A DNA stretch of 60,561 nucleotides, the filler included. It is 7 parts of 7 records of this genome, joined end to end, with 100 filler letters (N's around TTAATTAATTAA, not from the genome) between each part and the next. Parts side by side here need not be neighbours in the genome. Positions count along the whole stretch, not along the records: positions 1 to 7,838 come from SRR31156797_32306; positions 7,939 to 23,928 come from SRR31156797_32331; 5 more parts are not named here. One strand, 5' to 3'. How positions within the stretch are numbered: the stretch's first letter is position 1; the number at the start of each line of letters is the position of its first letter. Shown piece after piece: positions 1-9,540 of the stretch. The notes under the pieces were generated by a model. The model was not told the origin of the DNA, did no database searches, and was given only the letters and a program-made list of their open reading frames with translations. A program made the translations under genes and the position numbers.

Positions 1-76
1 ACGCCCGCGCTCCCGGATATAGCAAAATGGCAAGTTATTTAAGACCCGTTCCTTAACACCGTCAGACCATTGTATT

Positions 77-574
77 TTACTGTTCTGCCTCTTTTTTACC
101 GGGAAACTGTGTCCAGACCCGGACGGTTTTCTCATCCACACCAACGGGTATGCCCTGGGTATTGGTGGCACAATGACGGGTATAGCCCTTACAGATAATC
201 TGGTCATAGGTATGGCTTGTGATCACATAGTCAAACTGAAGCTTAACCCGTTCCAGGCTGGCGGGCCGGGTATGAATCCACATAAGGTCGTCATAAAACA
301 GCGGAGCAAAATAGTTCAGCTTGGTCTCAATGATGGGATAGACAAATCCGTTTTCCTCAATTTCCCGGTAGGCATAGGCAATATCCCGCATCAAAGCCGC
401 CCTGCCCTGCTCAAAAAATCTTAAATAATTGGCATGATAAACCACCTGGGAGCGGTCCGTGTCCGCATAAAGGGTTCTATGGCTGGTTCTGTGCCAAAAA
501 AACCCTGTGGTTTGGTCCTTTACATAAACGGTGTTTTCATCCGTAATTTCGGGTTTAAACGGTTTTGGTTTCAT
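77..574 (-). CDS. Acyl-CoA/ACP thioesterase, YbgC/FadM hot-dog family
   Basis: DTDRSQVVYHANYLRFFEQGR matches the 4HBT/YbgC motif. Start moved to ATG 574 (MKPKPF), which has AGGA upstream; the longer ORF overlaps the ketosynthase. Confidence 0.85.
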   Translation of the reverse strand: MKPKPFKPEITDENTVYVKDQTTGFFWHRTSHRTLYADTDRSQVVYHANYLRFFEQGRAALMRDIAYAYREIEENGFVYPIIETKLNYFAPLFYDDLMWIHTRPASLERVKLQFDYVITSHTYDQIICKGYTRHCATNTQGIPVGVDEKTVRVWTQFPGKKEAEQ

Positions 575-578
575 AATC

Positions 579-1844
579 CTACACCCCTTTGAATACGATA
601 CAGCAGTTGGTTCCGCCAAACCCGTAGGCATTGGACAAAAGAAAAGAGTGCGGATGGGCTCTGAAGGTATCCGGCACAACATCCAGGTCGTCAAAGTCAG
701 GGGTCGAGCGATGGTTGATGGTGGGAAGCACCATGCCCATCTGCATGGCCTCAATGCTTAATGCCGCCTCAATGGCGGCGGCAGCCCCCAGGGTATGGCC
801 GATCTGGGATTTGTTGGATGAGACGGGAATTTGCCCTAAATGATGTCCGAACACCTGCCTTAAACAGTCGGCCTCTGACAGGTCGCCCTTGAAGGTGGAG
901 GTCCCGTGGGCATTAATGTACTGGATATCCCGGGGGGCAATTTGCGCATCGTCAATGGCCTGGTGCATGGCCCGGACAATGGTTTCAAGATTGGGGCTGG
1001 TAAAATGAAAGGCATCCGAGGTCCAGCCCACCCCTGCCACTTCGGCCCGGGGTTTAAGGCCGTGGGCCTTTGCCACCTCTTCTGCGGCCAGTACCACCAC
1101 ACCACACCCTTCGGAGAGCACCATGCCCTTGCGGTCGCAGCTGAACGGACGGCTGGCCTGACCCGGGTCATCATAGGCCCGGTCTTGGGGATTGATTTTT
1201 ATGGTGGCACCCATATTGGCAAACCCCTGGACAATCTCCGGCACCAGTGGGGTGTCCACACCGCCGGCCAGGACAACATCCACATCACCGTCCCGGATCA
1301 TCCTGGCCCCCATGCCGATGGCATGGTTGCCCGACGCACACGCCCCCTGGGGGGAGAACAAAGGCCCTGTAAAGCCTAAATCAATACCGGCTTTGCTGGC
1401 CGGCATGTTGCCGCACAGGTTTGGCAAAAGATATGGACTGACCCGTAAAGGGCCTGCATTGGCATATTTTTCCGAAGCAATCCTGAAGGCATCCGTACCG
1501 TTCAGGGCGGAGCCCATCAGGCAGGCGGTCCGCCGACCGATATCGGGGGCCATGACAATGCCTGCATTGGCAAGGGCCTCCCGGCACACGGCCACAGTCA
1601 ACAGCACAAACGCCGCATTCCAATTATGGGCCTCTTTTTTTTCAAACATTCCGCTTGCCACGGGATCCCAGTCCGGGATCTCTCCCACCACATTGCTTAA
1701 GCATTTTACCTCACACCGGGTGATCTTTGTGAAGCCTGATTTGCCGGCCACAGCATTTTCAAAGGTCTGGTCAAAGGTAGCCCCCAACGGAGTGGCCGCC
1801 CCGTAGCCCAAGACAAAAACGCGCCTGTTCATTGGTGCTTTCAT
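579..1844 (-). CDS. fabF: Beta-ketoacyl-ACP synthase II-like (KS #1)
   Basis: Cys-His-His triad in GACASG, INAHGTST and GHTLGAA; C-terminal SNAYGFGGTN. Confidence 0.9.
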   Translation of the reverse strand: MKAPMNRRVFVLGYGAATPLGATFDQTFENAVAGKSGFTKITRCEVKCLSNVVGEIPDWDPVASGMFEKKEAHNWNAAFVLLTVAVCREALANAGIVMAPDIGRRTACLMGSALNGTDAFRIASEKYANAGPLRVSPYLLPNLCGNMPASKAGIDLGFTGPLFSPQGACASGNHAIGMGARMIRDGDVDVVLAGGVDTPLVPEIVQGFANMGATIKINPQDRAYDDPGQASRPFSCDRKGMVLSEGCGVVVLAAEEVAKAHGLKPRAEVAGVGWTSDAFHFTSPNLETIVRAMHQAIDDAQIAPRDIQYINAHGTSTFKGDLSEADCLRQVFGHHLGQIPVSSNKSQIGHTLGAAAAIEAALSIEAMQMGMVLPTINHRSTPDFDDLDVVPDTFRAHPHSFLLSNAYGFGGTNCCIVFKGV

Positions 1845-1957
1845 GGTCTTATCTCTATTTTTTTATAAGAAAGTTCCAATATGTTGTTAAATTACTTTCA
1901 TGCTTTGTTGTGGGGTGAACCCGGGCGTTGACAGGCCAGGTCAGCCCGTGGCTGTTT

Positions 1958-3208
1958 TCAACAATTTTGCAGTACAATACAGGCATTGCACCCACCGAAT
2001 CCAAATGCATTTTTCAACACATACGACTGGTCCAGGCGTCTTGCATTGTCTGCCACGCAGTCAAACGACATGTCAGGAGCCGGGTCATAGTTAATGGTGG
2101 GAAGAATCTGCCCGTCAATCATACCCTGGACGGCAAAAATGGTCTCAATGGCGCTGGATGCCCCCATGGCGTGGCCGATCATGGATTTATTGGCGGTCAC
2201 CGGCGGAATCTTTTCGCCAAACACCGCCGACAGCGCATCATACTCCACCTTGTCCCCCACCTGGGTGGCGGTGGCATGGGCATTGACACTGGAAACCGCT
2301 TGCGGGTCAATCCCGGCATGCCCAAGGCTTAATTCCATGCACCGGGTTACCGTTGGCAGATGGGGCGCCACCACATGGTGGGCATCCGAAGTCATACCCC
2401 ACCCGGCAAGGGCCACCTGATAGGCCAGGCCCCAGCTCTGGGCAAACTCCCGGGCTGCCAGGATCACGGCACCGGCCCCTTCGGAGACCACGAACCCCCG
2501 CCGGTTGTTTGAAAAAGGACGGCTTGCCGCCCGGGCCGGGACGCTTTCTCCGGGCTTTGGATAAAAGGTGCCGTTCATGGTGGAAAACCCGGCAATGATG
2601 GCAGGCACCAGGGCAAAATCCACGGCACCGCAGATGACCACATCACAAAGACCTTGTTCAATGAACATGGCGCCGATGATCATGGAGGTGGCCCCTGTGG
2701 CACAGGCTGAGATGGTGGCGGTGATGGGACCTGTGGCACCGGTAAGAATGGCGACCTTGCCCCCCACCATGTTGATGCAGGCATTGGGATTGGTAAAGGG
2801 CTTGGGCAACCGGTTCTCTCTGACCAGCCTGCGATCCGCTTCCAGCACGGCATCCACCCCGCCCAGGGCGGAACTGTAAGTAATGGCGATTCTGGGCGCA
2901 ATTTCAGGAGTAATTTCAATTCCGCTTCGTTCAATGGCCCGGGATGTGGTCAGCAGGGCATGCTTGAAAATAGGCGAGGTCCACTTGGTCCGTTCCCGGG
3001 GTTTGAGAAAAGGATAGTCCAGATCATCAATGCTTTCCACTTCCCCTGCAATACGCACGGGAAAGTTGTCATCCATGGGAAACCGGGTCAGCGGACCAAT
3101 ACCGCTGTCTCCATTCAGCGCCTTTTCCCAGGCGTCAGGCAACCGGGTTCCCAGGGCAGAAACCGCGTCATATCCCAGAATTACGGCCTGTCTGTTTGAT
3201 GCTCCCAA
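1958..3208 (-). CDS. Beta-ketoacyl-ACP synthase II-like (KS #2)
   Basis: SACATG, NAHATAT, GHAMGAS and NAFGFGG motifs. Confidence 0.88.
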   Translation of the reverse strand: MGASNRQAVILGYDAVSALGTRLPDAWEKALNGDSGIGPLTRFPMDDNFPVRIAGEVESIDDLDYPFLKPRERTKWTSPIFKHALLTTSRAIERSGIEITPEIAPRIAITYSSALGGVDAVLEADRRLVRENRLPKPFTNPNACINMVGGKVAILTGATGPITATISACATGATSMIIGAMFIEQGLCDVVICGAVDFALVPAIIAGFSTMNGTFYPKPGESVPARAASRPFSNNRRGFVVSEGAGAVILAAREFAQSWGLAYQVALAGWGMTSDAHHVVAPHLPTVTRCMELSLGHAGIDPQAVSSVNAHATATQVGDKVEYDALSAVFGEKIPPVTANKSMIGHAMGASSAIETIFAVQGMIDGQILPTINYDPAPDMSFDCVADNARRLDQSYVLKNAFGFGGCNACIVLQNC

Positions 3209-4020
3209 GGAGATGTCCTTTGTTTTTCAGTTAAAATAGCTCCGGCTTGTTCCATGAGCCCTGCCGTAGACACGTTTTCTTTATCATAATCCGGCTGGAT
3301 CGTACCGGCAAGTTCAACGCTGATGGTGCCGGAAAAATCGGTATGAAATAAAAATCGCCCGGGTGTGAAAAGTTTATCGGTATTGCGTATCACCAGTACA
3401 TTTATGGGGGCTCTGCAATACCTTGCCAGTTTAAACGCACCACTGTGAAATGCCAGAACACCTTTTCCGGCATTGCGGTTCCGGGTACCTTCGGGAAACA
3501 CAAAAAAGATACCGCCCTTTTCAAGAAAAGATGCAAGGGTCTTGGTCTGTTTTACCATCAGACCGGCCATCCGCCCCTTGGGCATGGACGGGATATAGCC
3601 TGCCGCCCTTAATACCCAACCGAACACCGGCACCTTGAAAAAGGTGGCTTTAACAACGGTTTTATGACGCCGGAACAAAGCGATCACCATCAAAGGATCC
3701 AGATAGGAGACATGGTTGCAGACAATGATACAATTTTCAAGACCTTTAACTTTGGGGTCAATGTGCAGACCAATGCCCGGCAAAGCCACGCGAACCAGGG
3801 CAAAAAAACCTTTGTAAAACAAAGAATTGAGACATTGGATGGCCGTTTCCCGGATGGGCGGACAAACAAAGGCGATCAGGTAAAACGGGGAAAAAAACAG
3901 AATAAATCCAAAAATAAAATAACCCCAAAGCAACAGTGTAATGACCAGATCCCGAATAAAAGACAGAAAAGGGCCCTTAGGTTTTTTTTCGTTCCCAGCG
4001 TTAGAAAATTGGGTTTCCAT
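3181..4020 (-). CDS. PlsC-like lysophospholipid acyltransferase
   Basis: NHVSYLD (HX4D) and FPEGTR motifs; N-terminal hydrophobic helix. Confidence 0.88.
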   Translation of the reverse strand: METQFSNAGNEKKPKGPFLSFIRDLVITLLLWGYFIFGFILFFSPFYLIAFVCPPIRETAIQCLNSLFYKGFFALVRVALPGIGLHIDPKVKGLENCIIVCNHVSYLDPLMVIALFRRHKTVVKATFFKVPVFGWVLRAAGYIPSMPKGRMAGLMVKQTKTLASFLEKGGIFFVFPEGTRNRNAGKGVLAFHSGAFKLARYCRAPINVLVIRNTDKLFTPGRFLFHTDFSGTISVELAGTIQPDYDKENVSTAGLMEQAGAILTEKQRTSPWEHQTDRP

Positions 4021-5255
4021 CAGTTAAATTTCTTTAATACAAGGGCGGTATTCACCCCGCCAAAGGCAAAGTTCTGAACGGATGCCGTGTTGATCTTCTC
4101 ATCCAACAGCTGCCTTGTATGGTTGATCATGGCACAGGATTCATCCACAGTGTCAAGATTAAGGGTGGCCGGGATAAACCCGTGCTTCATCATCATCAAC
4201 GTGATGATGGTCTCAATGGCCCCGCAGGCGGCAATGGTATGCCCCATATAGCTTTTCAGGGCCGTTACCCGTGTCTTATCGCCATACACATCATGGATGG
4301 CTTTTGCCTCAATGGTGTCTCCCTGGCGGGTGGCTGTGGCATGGGCGCTGATGAAATCGACATCCTCGCCGGCGATGCCGGCATCGGCCAGGGCCAGGGC
4401 CAACGTTTGGGTAATCCCCGCCAGGTTGGGCAAAATCATGTCCCCGCCGTTATTGTTGGTGGCAAATCCCACAACTTCGCCCAGGATGGTTGCACCGCGA
4501 TATGTGGCATGCTCCAGGGACTCCAGCACAAGGGCGCCGGCACCTTCTCCCACCACCAGACCGTCCCGCCGGCTGTCAAAGGGGCGCGGGGTAAGATGCG
4601 GGGTGTCATTGAACCGGATGGAGCAGGCCCGAAGGTTGTCAAAGACGGCCACGGTTGAGGTCTCATACTCATCGGCACCGCCGCACACCATGGCATCCTG
4701 CATGCCGAACCGGATGGCTTCGTATCCAAAACCAATGGACTGGCTGCTGGTGGTGCATGCCGTACACGGGCTGATGACCCGGCCGGATATGCCGAACATC
4801 TTTGTGATATTAACGGCCGTGGTGTGGGCCATGGATTTTAAAAAGTCGGCCGCATTGATGCCTGGATCGCCGTCTTTTCCGCCCTTAAAATAGGTTTTCA
4901 TGATCTCGCGCTGAACAAGGGGGCTGCCATGGATGGAGCCAAAAGCTACCCCGACCCGGCCGGAGGTCAAAAATTCTTTGTCCAGACCGGATTGTTCAAT
5001 GGCCCGCCGGGCGGATTCACAGGCAACAAAAGCCACCGGAGCCATTGTTTTTCGATGATTTCGTTCAAAGGGATATGTCTTGGGATAATCAATCCTGCCA
5101 TAGACACCGGACTGAATAAATCCGGACAAAAACCCGTCATCTTCAAGCTCTTTAACCCCGGAAATGCCTTGGGTCAAATGGCGGATGATCTCATCGTCCG
5201 TCTCCCCGATGGGGGAGATGACGCCATACCCTGTTATCACAACTCTGCGGTTCAT
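4020..5255 (-). CDS. Beta-ketoacyl-ACP synthase (KS #3)
   Basis: TACTTS, SAHATAT, GHTIAAC and NFAFGGVN motifs. Confidence 0.88.
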   Translation of the reverse strand: MNRRVVITGYGVISPIGETDDEIIRHLTQGISGVKELEDDGFLSGFIQSGVYGRIDYPKTYPFERNHRKTMAPVAFVACESARRAIEQSGLDKEFLTSGRVGVAFGSIHGSPLVQREIMKTYFKGGKDGDPGINAADFLKSMAHTTAVNITKMFGISGRVISPCTACTTSSQSIGFGYEAIRFGMQDAMVCGGADEYETSTVAVFDNLRACSIRFNDTPHLTPRPFDSRRDGLVVGEGAGALVLESLEHATYRGATILGEVVGFATNNNGGDMILPNLAGITQTLALALADAGIAGEDVDFISAHATATRQGDTIEAKAIHDVYGDKTRVTALKSYMGHTIAACGAIETIITLMMMKHGFIPATLNLDTVDESCAMINHTRQLLDEKINTASVQNFAFGGVNTALVLKKFN

Positions 5256-5261
5256 TTTTCC

Positions 5262-6644
5262 TTAGCCCTCATCCTTTTCAAACAAGGCCGCAACGGCAAC
5301 CCTGTCATACTTCCCGGAACGGGTCATGGGCATGTGGTCGACAACCTTGATCCTCCGGGGATGGGCTACGGCCTCAAGCCTGCCGGAAAGAAATTGCCGT
5401 ATATCCGCATGGGTGCAGTTGCCTTCCACAAGCACACAAATATCAAAGGCCCTGCCCTGGGGAACGGCCCGTGCCAGAACCAGGACATCCCTGATACCGT
5501 CCATTGTCTTTAAAACCGCCCCAACCTGATCCAGGTCTACCCGAATGCCGGCAATTTTTACAACCGTATCAGATCTGCCAAGGATGGCAAAGGTGTTGCC
5601 TGAACATTGTTCCACCCTGTCCGGCACCAGATAAAAACCCAAATCATCCCGAACAATTTCAGGGGAAATAAAAGGGGAACGAATCTTTAAAGTCCCTTGT
5701 GCAATATGGGTTTCAATGACGGTAAAAGGCGAGAAAAAGGTCTCGTTACGTCCCCGGCATCTAAAGGCAATACCGCCGGTTTCTGTTGACCCATAAACCT
5801 CCACGACAGGAACATTATTTCTCTGGCGAAAATCGTTTTCATCCGCCTCGTCCAGAACGCCTGCCGAAGAAAACGCCAGCCGCATGCCATGGTCCGGGAA
5901 GTCATGGCCTTTCAAGGCCCTGAAATGGGCCGGCACACTGACGAGAATGGTTGCCCCCGTATCCGTGACCAGATTGACAATCTCATGGGGAAACCCGCAG
6001 GTTTGATCGGCCACCCTTGCACCTGCCAGCAAAGGGGCTGCCACGGAAAACAACAGACCGTAGATATGATAAGGCGGCACCGTGGCAACCACCACATCAT
6101 CTTGACAGATATCATGCACACCCACATGGAACATGGCTTCACCAATGATATTTTCCACAGTCTTTGTCCATACGTTCGGTTTCCCGGTGGAGCCGCCGGT
6201 ATACAGTTTCAACAAAGGGGCATCCGGATCAATGGCGGCCCTTAAGGGTATGGGATCAGGGCTATGGTCATCCGGGGTAACGACAAATTCTTTAAAACGG
6301 TTGGGCAAGGTCCTGCCCGGATCGGTCACTACCCATGTATGTTCCGGGTCACTTGCCAGATCCATAAGCGCCCCGTCCGAAATGTCATGGGGCAAAATCA
6401 GTATGGGTCCGCCGGCCAGGGCAGCAAGAATAGCGGCAGCAATGACAGCCCTGTCCGTGGTAAATATGGCAAGGTATCGCCTCTGGGCACGTGTGGCAGG
6501 GCATCCGTCAAGAATGGCGTGGGCCATGGCATGGATATCTGCATAGGAGTACCGACCGCAAAAAGGTCTGTCAGACGCACCGTTCCCTTGGAAAAGATCG
6601 GCCACAGCCTGTTCAGTCAAAAAATAAAATCCATTCGTTTTCAT
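5262..6644 (-). CDS. AMP-binding acyl-CoA/ACP synthetase
   Basis: LYTGGSTGKP (A3), YGSTETGG (A5), GRSD and TRSGKYDR adenylation motifs. Confidence 0.85.
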   Translation of the reverse strand: MKTNGFYFLTEQAVADLFQGNGASDRPFCGRYSYADIHAMAHAILDGCPATRAQRRYLAIFTTDRAVIAAAILAALAGGPILILPHDISDGALMDLASDPEHTWVVTDPGRTLPNRFKEFVVTPDDHSPDPIPLRAAIDPDAPLLKLYTGGSTGKPNVWTKTVENIIGEAMFHVGVHDICQDDVVVATVPPYHIYGLLFSVAAPLLAGARVADQTCGFPHEIVNLVTDTGATILVSVPAHFRALKGHDFPDHGMRLAFSSAGVLDEADENDFRQRNNVPVVEVYGSTETGGIAFRCRGRNETFFSPFTVIETHIAQGTLKIRSPFISPEIVRDDLGFYLVPDRVEQCSGNTFAILGRSDTVVKIAGIRVDLDQVGAVLKTMDGIRDVLVLARAVPQGRAFDICVLVEGNCTHADIRQFLSGRLEAVAHPRRIKVVDHMPMTRSGKYDRVAVAALFEKDEG

Positions 6645-6850
6645 GAATCATTGACCCGGGCAAAAAAGTGCAGATGCCGTCAGGAAATATTTCAAAATTT
6701 TATACACCCGTAAATTATCCTTTTTTACACGCAAGGCCACAATGAAAGGCCATGGTAGATAAGAGGCTGTGAACTGTCAAGGATAAATCAGGGCGCCTTT
6801 GGGGTGATTTGCGCTTGTTACATGTGCTGATGAATGACTATTTTTAAAAA

Positions 6851-7768
6851 TCATTTAGCACTATTTTTTGAAAAATAATCAATTTCATTTTTGATCTCAT
6901 CTTTTTTCAACTTAACGGCCAACATGGAAAGAATTGTAGAAACAGGTGCGATAACGGCGATTGCAGCAAAAAGATAACCCAGAAAAAGCCGGACCCTGAA
7001 TTTTCGGGCGGGATTGCCTCTTTTCCCTTTCCTAAGAATAAATTTTGACCAGATTCTAAAAATTCTCTGGATACGTTTTTCAAAAAGTATATATTGCGGC
7101 ACCACAGTGACTGCGCCGTACTCATTAAGGGTTTGCTGGATAGGCCCGGGATCATTTTTCTCCAGGGCGTCCATCAGAATCCGGCCAAACTTCGAGGCGT
7201 CATGAATATCCTGGTCTGATATGCCTGCATCCGGCAAAAGCCCAAGACATATTTTTTTCTTCCCGGACAACATCCAAACGGCAATCGTTAGAACACCCAG
7301 CAGATTATTGGTTTTATCCCCAAGAACGATATTGCCGAACAAGCGGCCGCCTGATTTAATAATGTTTTGTTTAACTGTCTCATGGGCCAGCAGCCACATG
7401 TTTCTGCATCCTATGATTGTCAAAACAGGCCGGTCTTTCATAACCGTTGCTTCACGGGACTTGAGAAAAGCATTGATGGGCAAAGACGGGGCAAGAAACC
7501 AGACCTGGTATGCAAGAATGACTAAATCATAGTCATCATTCGGATCAAAATGAACAGGCTCTATTTCACAAGGTATCCCTTCGACAGATTCAGGAAAGAC
7601 ATCGCAAAACTGCGTAGCCGTCCATGGAAAAGGAAACGCTGGTTTTGGTTTGATCTGTTCATAAATAATAGAAACGGTTTCGTTCTTTTCGAAGGGCGCC
7701 GTTACAGACTTAACGATATCGGTCAATTGACCGGTTTGTGAATAGTGTATAATAAGTATTTTTTTCAT
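6851..7768 (-). CDS. darA: Dialkylresorcinol-condensing enzyme DarA-like
   Basis: N-terminal KKILIIHYSQTGQL, FPFPW, LAYQVWFLAPSLP and GCRNMW are recalled as DarA family motifs; about 305 aa. Confidence 0.72.
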   Translation of the reverse strand: MKKILIIHYSQTGQLTDIVKSVTAPFEKNETVSIIYEQIKPKPAFPFPWTATQFCDVFPESVEGIPCEIEPVHFDPNDDYDLVILAYQVWFLAPSLPINAFLKSREATVMKDRPVLTIIGCRNMWLLAHETVKQNIIKSGGRLFGNIVLGDKTNNLLGVLTIAVWMLSGKKKICLGLLPDAGISDQDIHDASKFGRILMDALEKNDPGPIQQTLNEYGAVTVVPQYILFEKRIQRIFRIWSKFILRKGKRGNPARKFRVRLFLGYLFAAIAVIAPVSTILSMLAVKLKKDEIKNEIDYFSKNSAK

Positions 7769-7838
7769 TTTGCTATAATTTGTCTGAGGGTTTTCACATT
7801 AACAAAAACTTGATCATCGACAGGTTGTTACGGAATAG

Positions 7839-7938
7839 NNNNNNNNNNNNNNNNNNNNNNNNNNNNNNNNNNNNNNNNNNNNTTAATTAATTAANNNNNN
7901 NNNNNNNNNNNNNNNNNNNNNNNNNNNNNNNNNNNNNN
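7839..7938. other. Artificial contig spacer
   Basis: N44-TTAATTAATTAA-N44; base composition changes abruptly across it. Confidence 0.98.
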
Positions 7939-7939
7939 A

Positions 7940-8422
7940 CCAAATAGTTTAAGTGGTGGACAAAAACAAAGAGTAAGTCTTTGTAGAGCAATGATGAATA
8001 AACCAAAACTTTTACTTATGGATGAGCCCTTGTCTGCTCTTGACCCAAATATGAGAACAAAACTACAAAATGAGATTCTACAACTTCATAAAGAGTTTAA
8101 TACTACAACAATAATGGTAAGTCACGACCCAAGTGAAATATATAGATTAAGTAATAAAGTTGTTGTACTAAACCAAGGACAAATAGAAAAAATTGGAAAA
8201 GCAAAAGATATCTTGCTAAAAACTACAGGAAGTGCCAAATTTTCACTAGAAGGGGAACTTCTTGATATAACAAAGGTTGATGTTATTTATATAGCAATTG
8301 TTGCAATTGGTCAACAAATAGTAGAGGTTGTAATAAGTAACGAAGAAGCAGAAAATCTAAGAATAGGGGAAAAAGTGAGTGTTAGTACAAAAGCTTTTGC
8401 TCCACAAATCAATCAAAAGTGA
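7940..8422 (+). CDS. modC: Molybdate ABC transporter ATPase, 5'-truncated
   Basis: LSGGQKQR signature (in frame upstream of the listed ORF), LLLMDEP Walker B, C-terminal TOBE-like domain; adjacent to modD. Confidence 0.8.
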   Translation, partial: PNSLSGGQKQRVSLCRAMMNKPKLLLMDEPLSALDPNMRTKLQNEILQLHKEFNTTTIMVSHDPSEIYRLSNKVVVLNQGQIEKIGKAKDILLKTTGSAKFSLEGELLDITKVDVIYIAIVAIGQQIVEVVISNEEAENLRIGEKVSVSTKAFAPQINQK

Positions 8423-8428
8423 GTCAAT

Positions 8429-9277
8429 ATGTTTAATTTATCTATTAATGAGTTAGAAAAATATATCCAAGATGATATCCCTTATGATGATTTAACTACA
8501 AGTTTACAAAAATGTAAGGATACAAAAGCCCAACTTGAAGTATATACAAGAGACGATATTGTAGTATCTTGCACAGAAGAAGCAGCAAAAATTGCACAAC
8601 TTCTAAATTGTGAAGTTGAGTTTTTTCTTCCCTCATCTACTAAAATAAAAAAAGAAACTACCCTTTTAAAATACTCAGGAGATTATGAAGATATACACAA
8701 AGCTTGGAGGTTAACTCAAATTCTTTTAGAATATAGTTGTAAAATCTCAACTCAAGCAACCCTTATGAAAGAAAAAATAGAAGAAGTAAATAAAAAATGT
8801 GAACTTCTAACAACTAGAAAAACTTTCCCTTTTTCTAAGAGGTTTTGTATAAAAGCTGCCATTGCAGGTGGTGCTAGCCCTCATAGATTAGGACTTTCAG
8901 AATCTATTTTATTTTTTGATGCTCACAGACTAATATACAAAAACAATGAAGAGTTTTATCAAGAACTAAAAAAAATAAAAAAATCTACGAGTGAAAAGAA
9001 AATAGCCGTAGAGAGTGAAGATTATGAGGATTGCATAAAACTAATGGAAGCTAATGTGGACACTTTGCAATTGGATAAAATTGATGCAAATACTCTAGAA
9101 AAAATAATATCTTACAAAAATGTAAACCACCCAAATGTAAAAATTTTAGTTGCAGGAGGGATTAATCTATCAAATGTTCAAGAGTATGCAAAATACCAAA
9201 TTGATGGAGTTGTTACAAGTTCAATCTACTTAAGTGGACTTTCAAATTTAAGTAGCAAAATCAAACTAATAAAATAA
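8429..9277 (+). CDS. modD: ModD (quinolinate phosphoribosyltransferase-like)
   Basis: DDIPYDDLTT, TTRKTFP, HRLGLSESIL, LQLDK and AGGIN motifs; follows modC. Confidence 0.85.
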   Translation: MFNLSINELEKYIQDDIPYDDLTTSLQKCKDTKAQLEVYTRDDIVVSCTEEAAKIAQLLNCEVEFFLPSSTKIKKETTLLKYSGDYEDIHKAWRLTQILLEYSCKISTQATLMKEKIEEVNKKCELLTTRKTFPFSKRFCIKAAIAGGASPHRLGLSESILFFDAHRLIYKNNEEFYQELKKIKKSTSEKKIAVESEDYEDCIKLMEANVDTLQLDKIDANTLEKIISYKNVNHPNVKILVAGGINLSNVQEYAKYQIDGVVTSSIYLSGLSNLSSKIKLIK

Positions 9278-9293
9278 CGGAATGTTAATTGCA
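9278..9293 (+). promoter_or_regulatory. sigma54 -24/-12 promoter
   Basis: CGGAATGTTAATTGCA, exact GG-N10-GC spacing with TTGC; intergenic, in a nifA locus. Confidence 0.7.
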
Positions 9294-9323
9294 ATGTGTA
9301 TAAAAAAATAAAGGGAGACAATT

Positions 9324-9416
9324 ATGGAAGTGGAAAAAATTTTATTTCCCATAGTATTGATTACTTACATTGCTGGAATAATAATATATACAAACTATCG
9401 GCATAAAAAGGGATAA
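9324..9416 (+). CDS. 30-aa single-TM small protein MEVEKILFPIVLITYIAGIIIYTNYRHKKG
   Basis: RBS AAGGGAGA before the ATG; hydrophobic core and basic tail; lies directly downstream of a sigma54 promoter. Too short for the ORF track. Confidence 0.65.
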   Translation: MEVEKILFPIVLITYIAGIIIYTNYRHKKG

Positions 9417-9423
9417 AATTTAA

Positions 9424-9439
9424 CGGAACACTTTTTGCA
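9424..9439 (+). promoter_or_regulatory. sigma54 -24/-12 promoter
   Basis: CGGAACACTTTTTGCA, GG-N10-GC, close to the TGGCAC-N5-TTGC consensus. Confidence 0.75.
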
Positions 9440-9471
9440 TATACTTTAATACCTTTTGTAAATTAGATTTT

Positions 9472-9512
9472 AAAAGAGTAAGGAACTAATGCCTCCTTAC
9501 TCTTTTATTTTT
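9472..9512 (+). terminator. Strong hairpin plus U-tract in the aldo/keto reductase leader
   Basis: AAAAGAGTAAGGA-actaatgcc-TCCTTACTCTTTT followed by ATTTTT. Confidence 0.55.
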
Positions 9513-9540
9513 ACAAAAAAAAGAAAAGGAAATAATTTTT

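Noticed and set aside
173-6713. Many plus-strand ORFs of 60-204 aa opposite the KS cluster (likewise antisense ORFs in 24000-29600 and 51700-60200)
   Set aside because: Shadow ORFs of GC-rich coding genes with no recognisable motifs.
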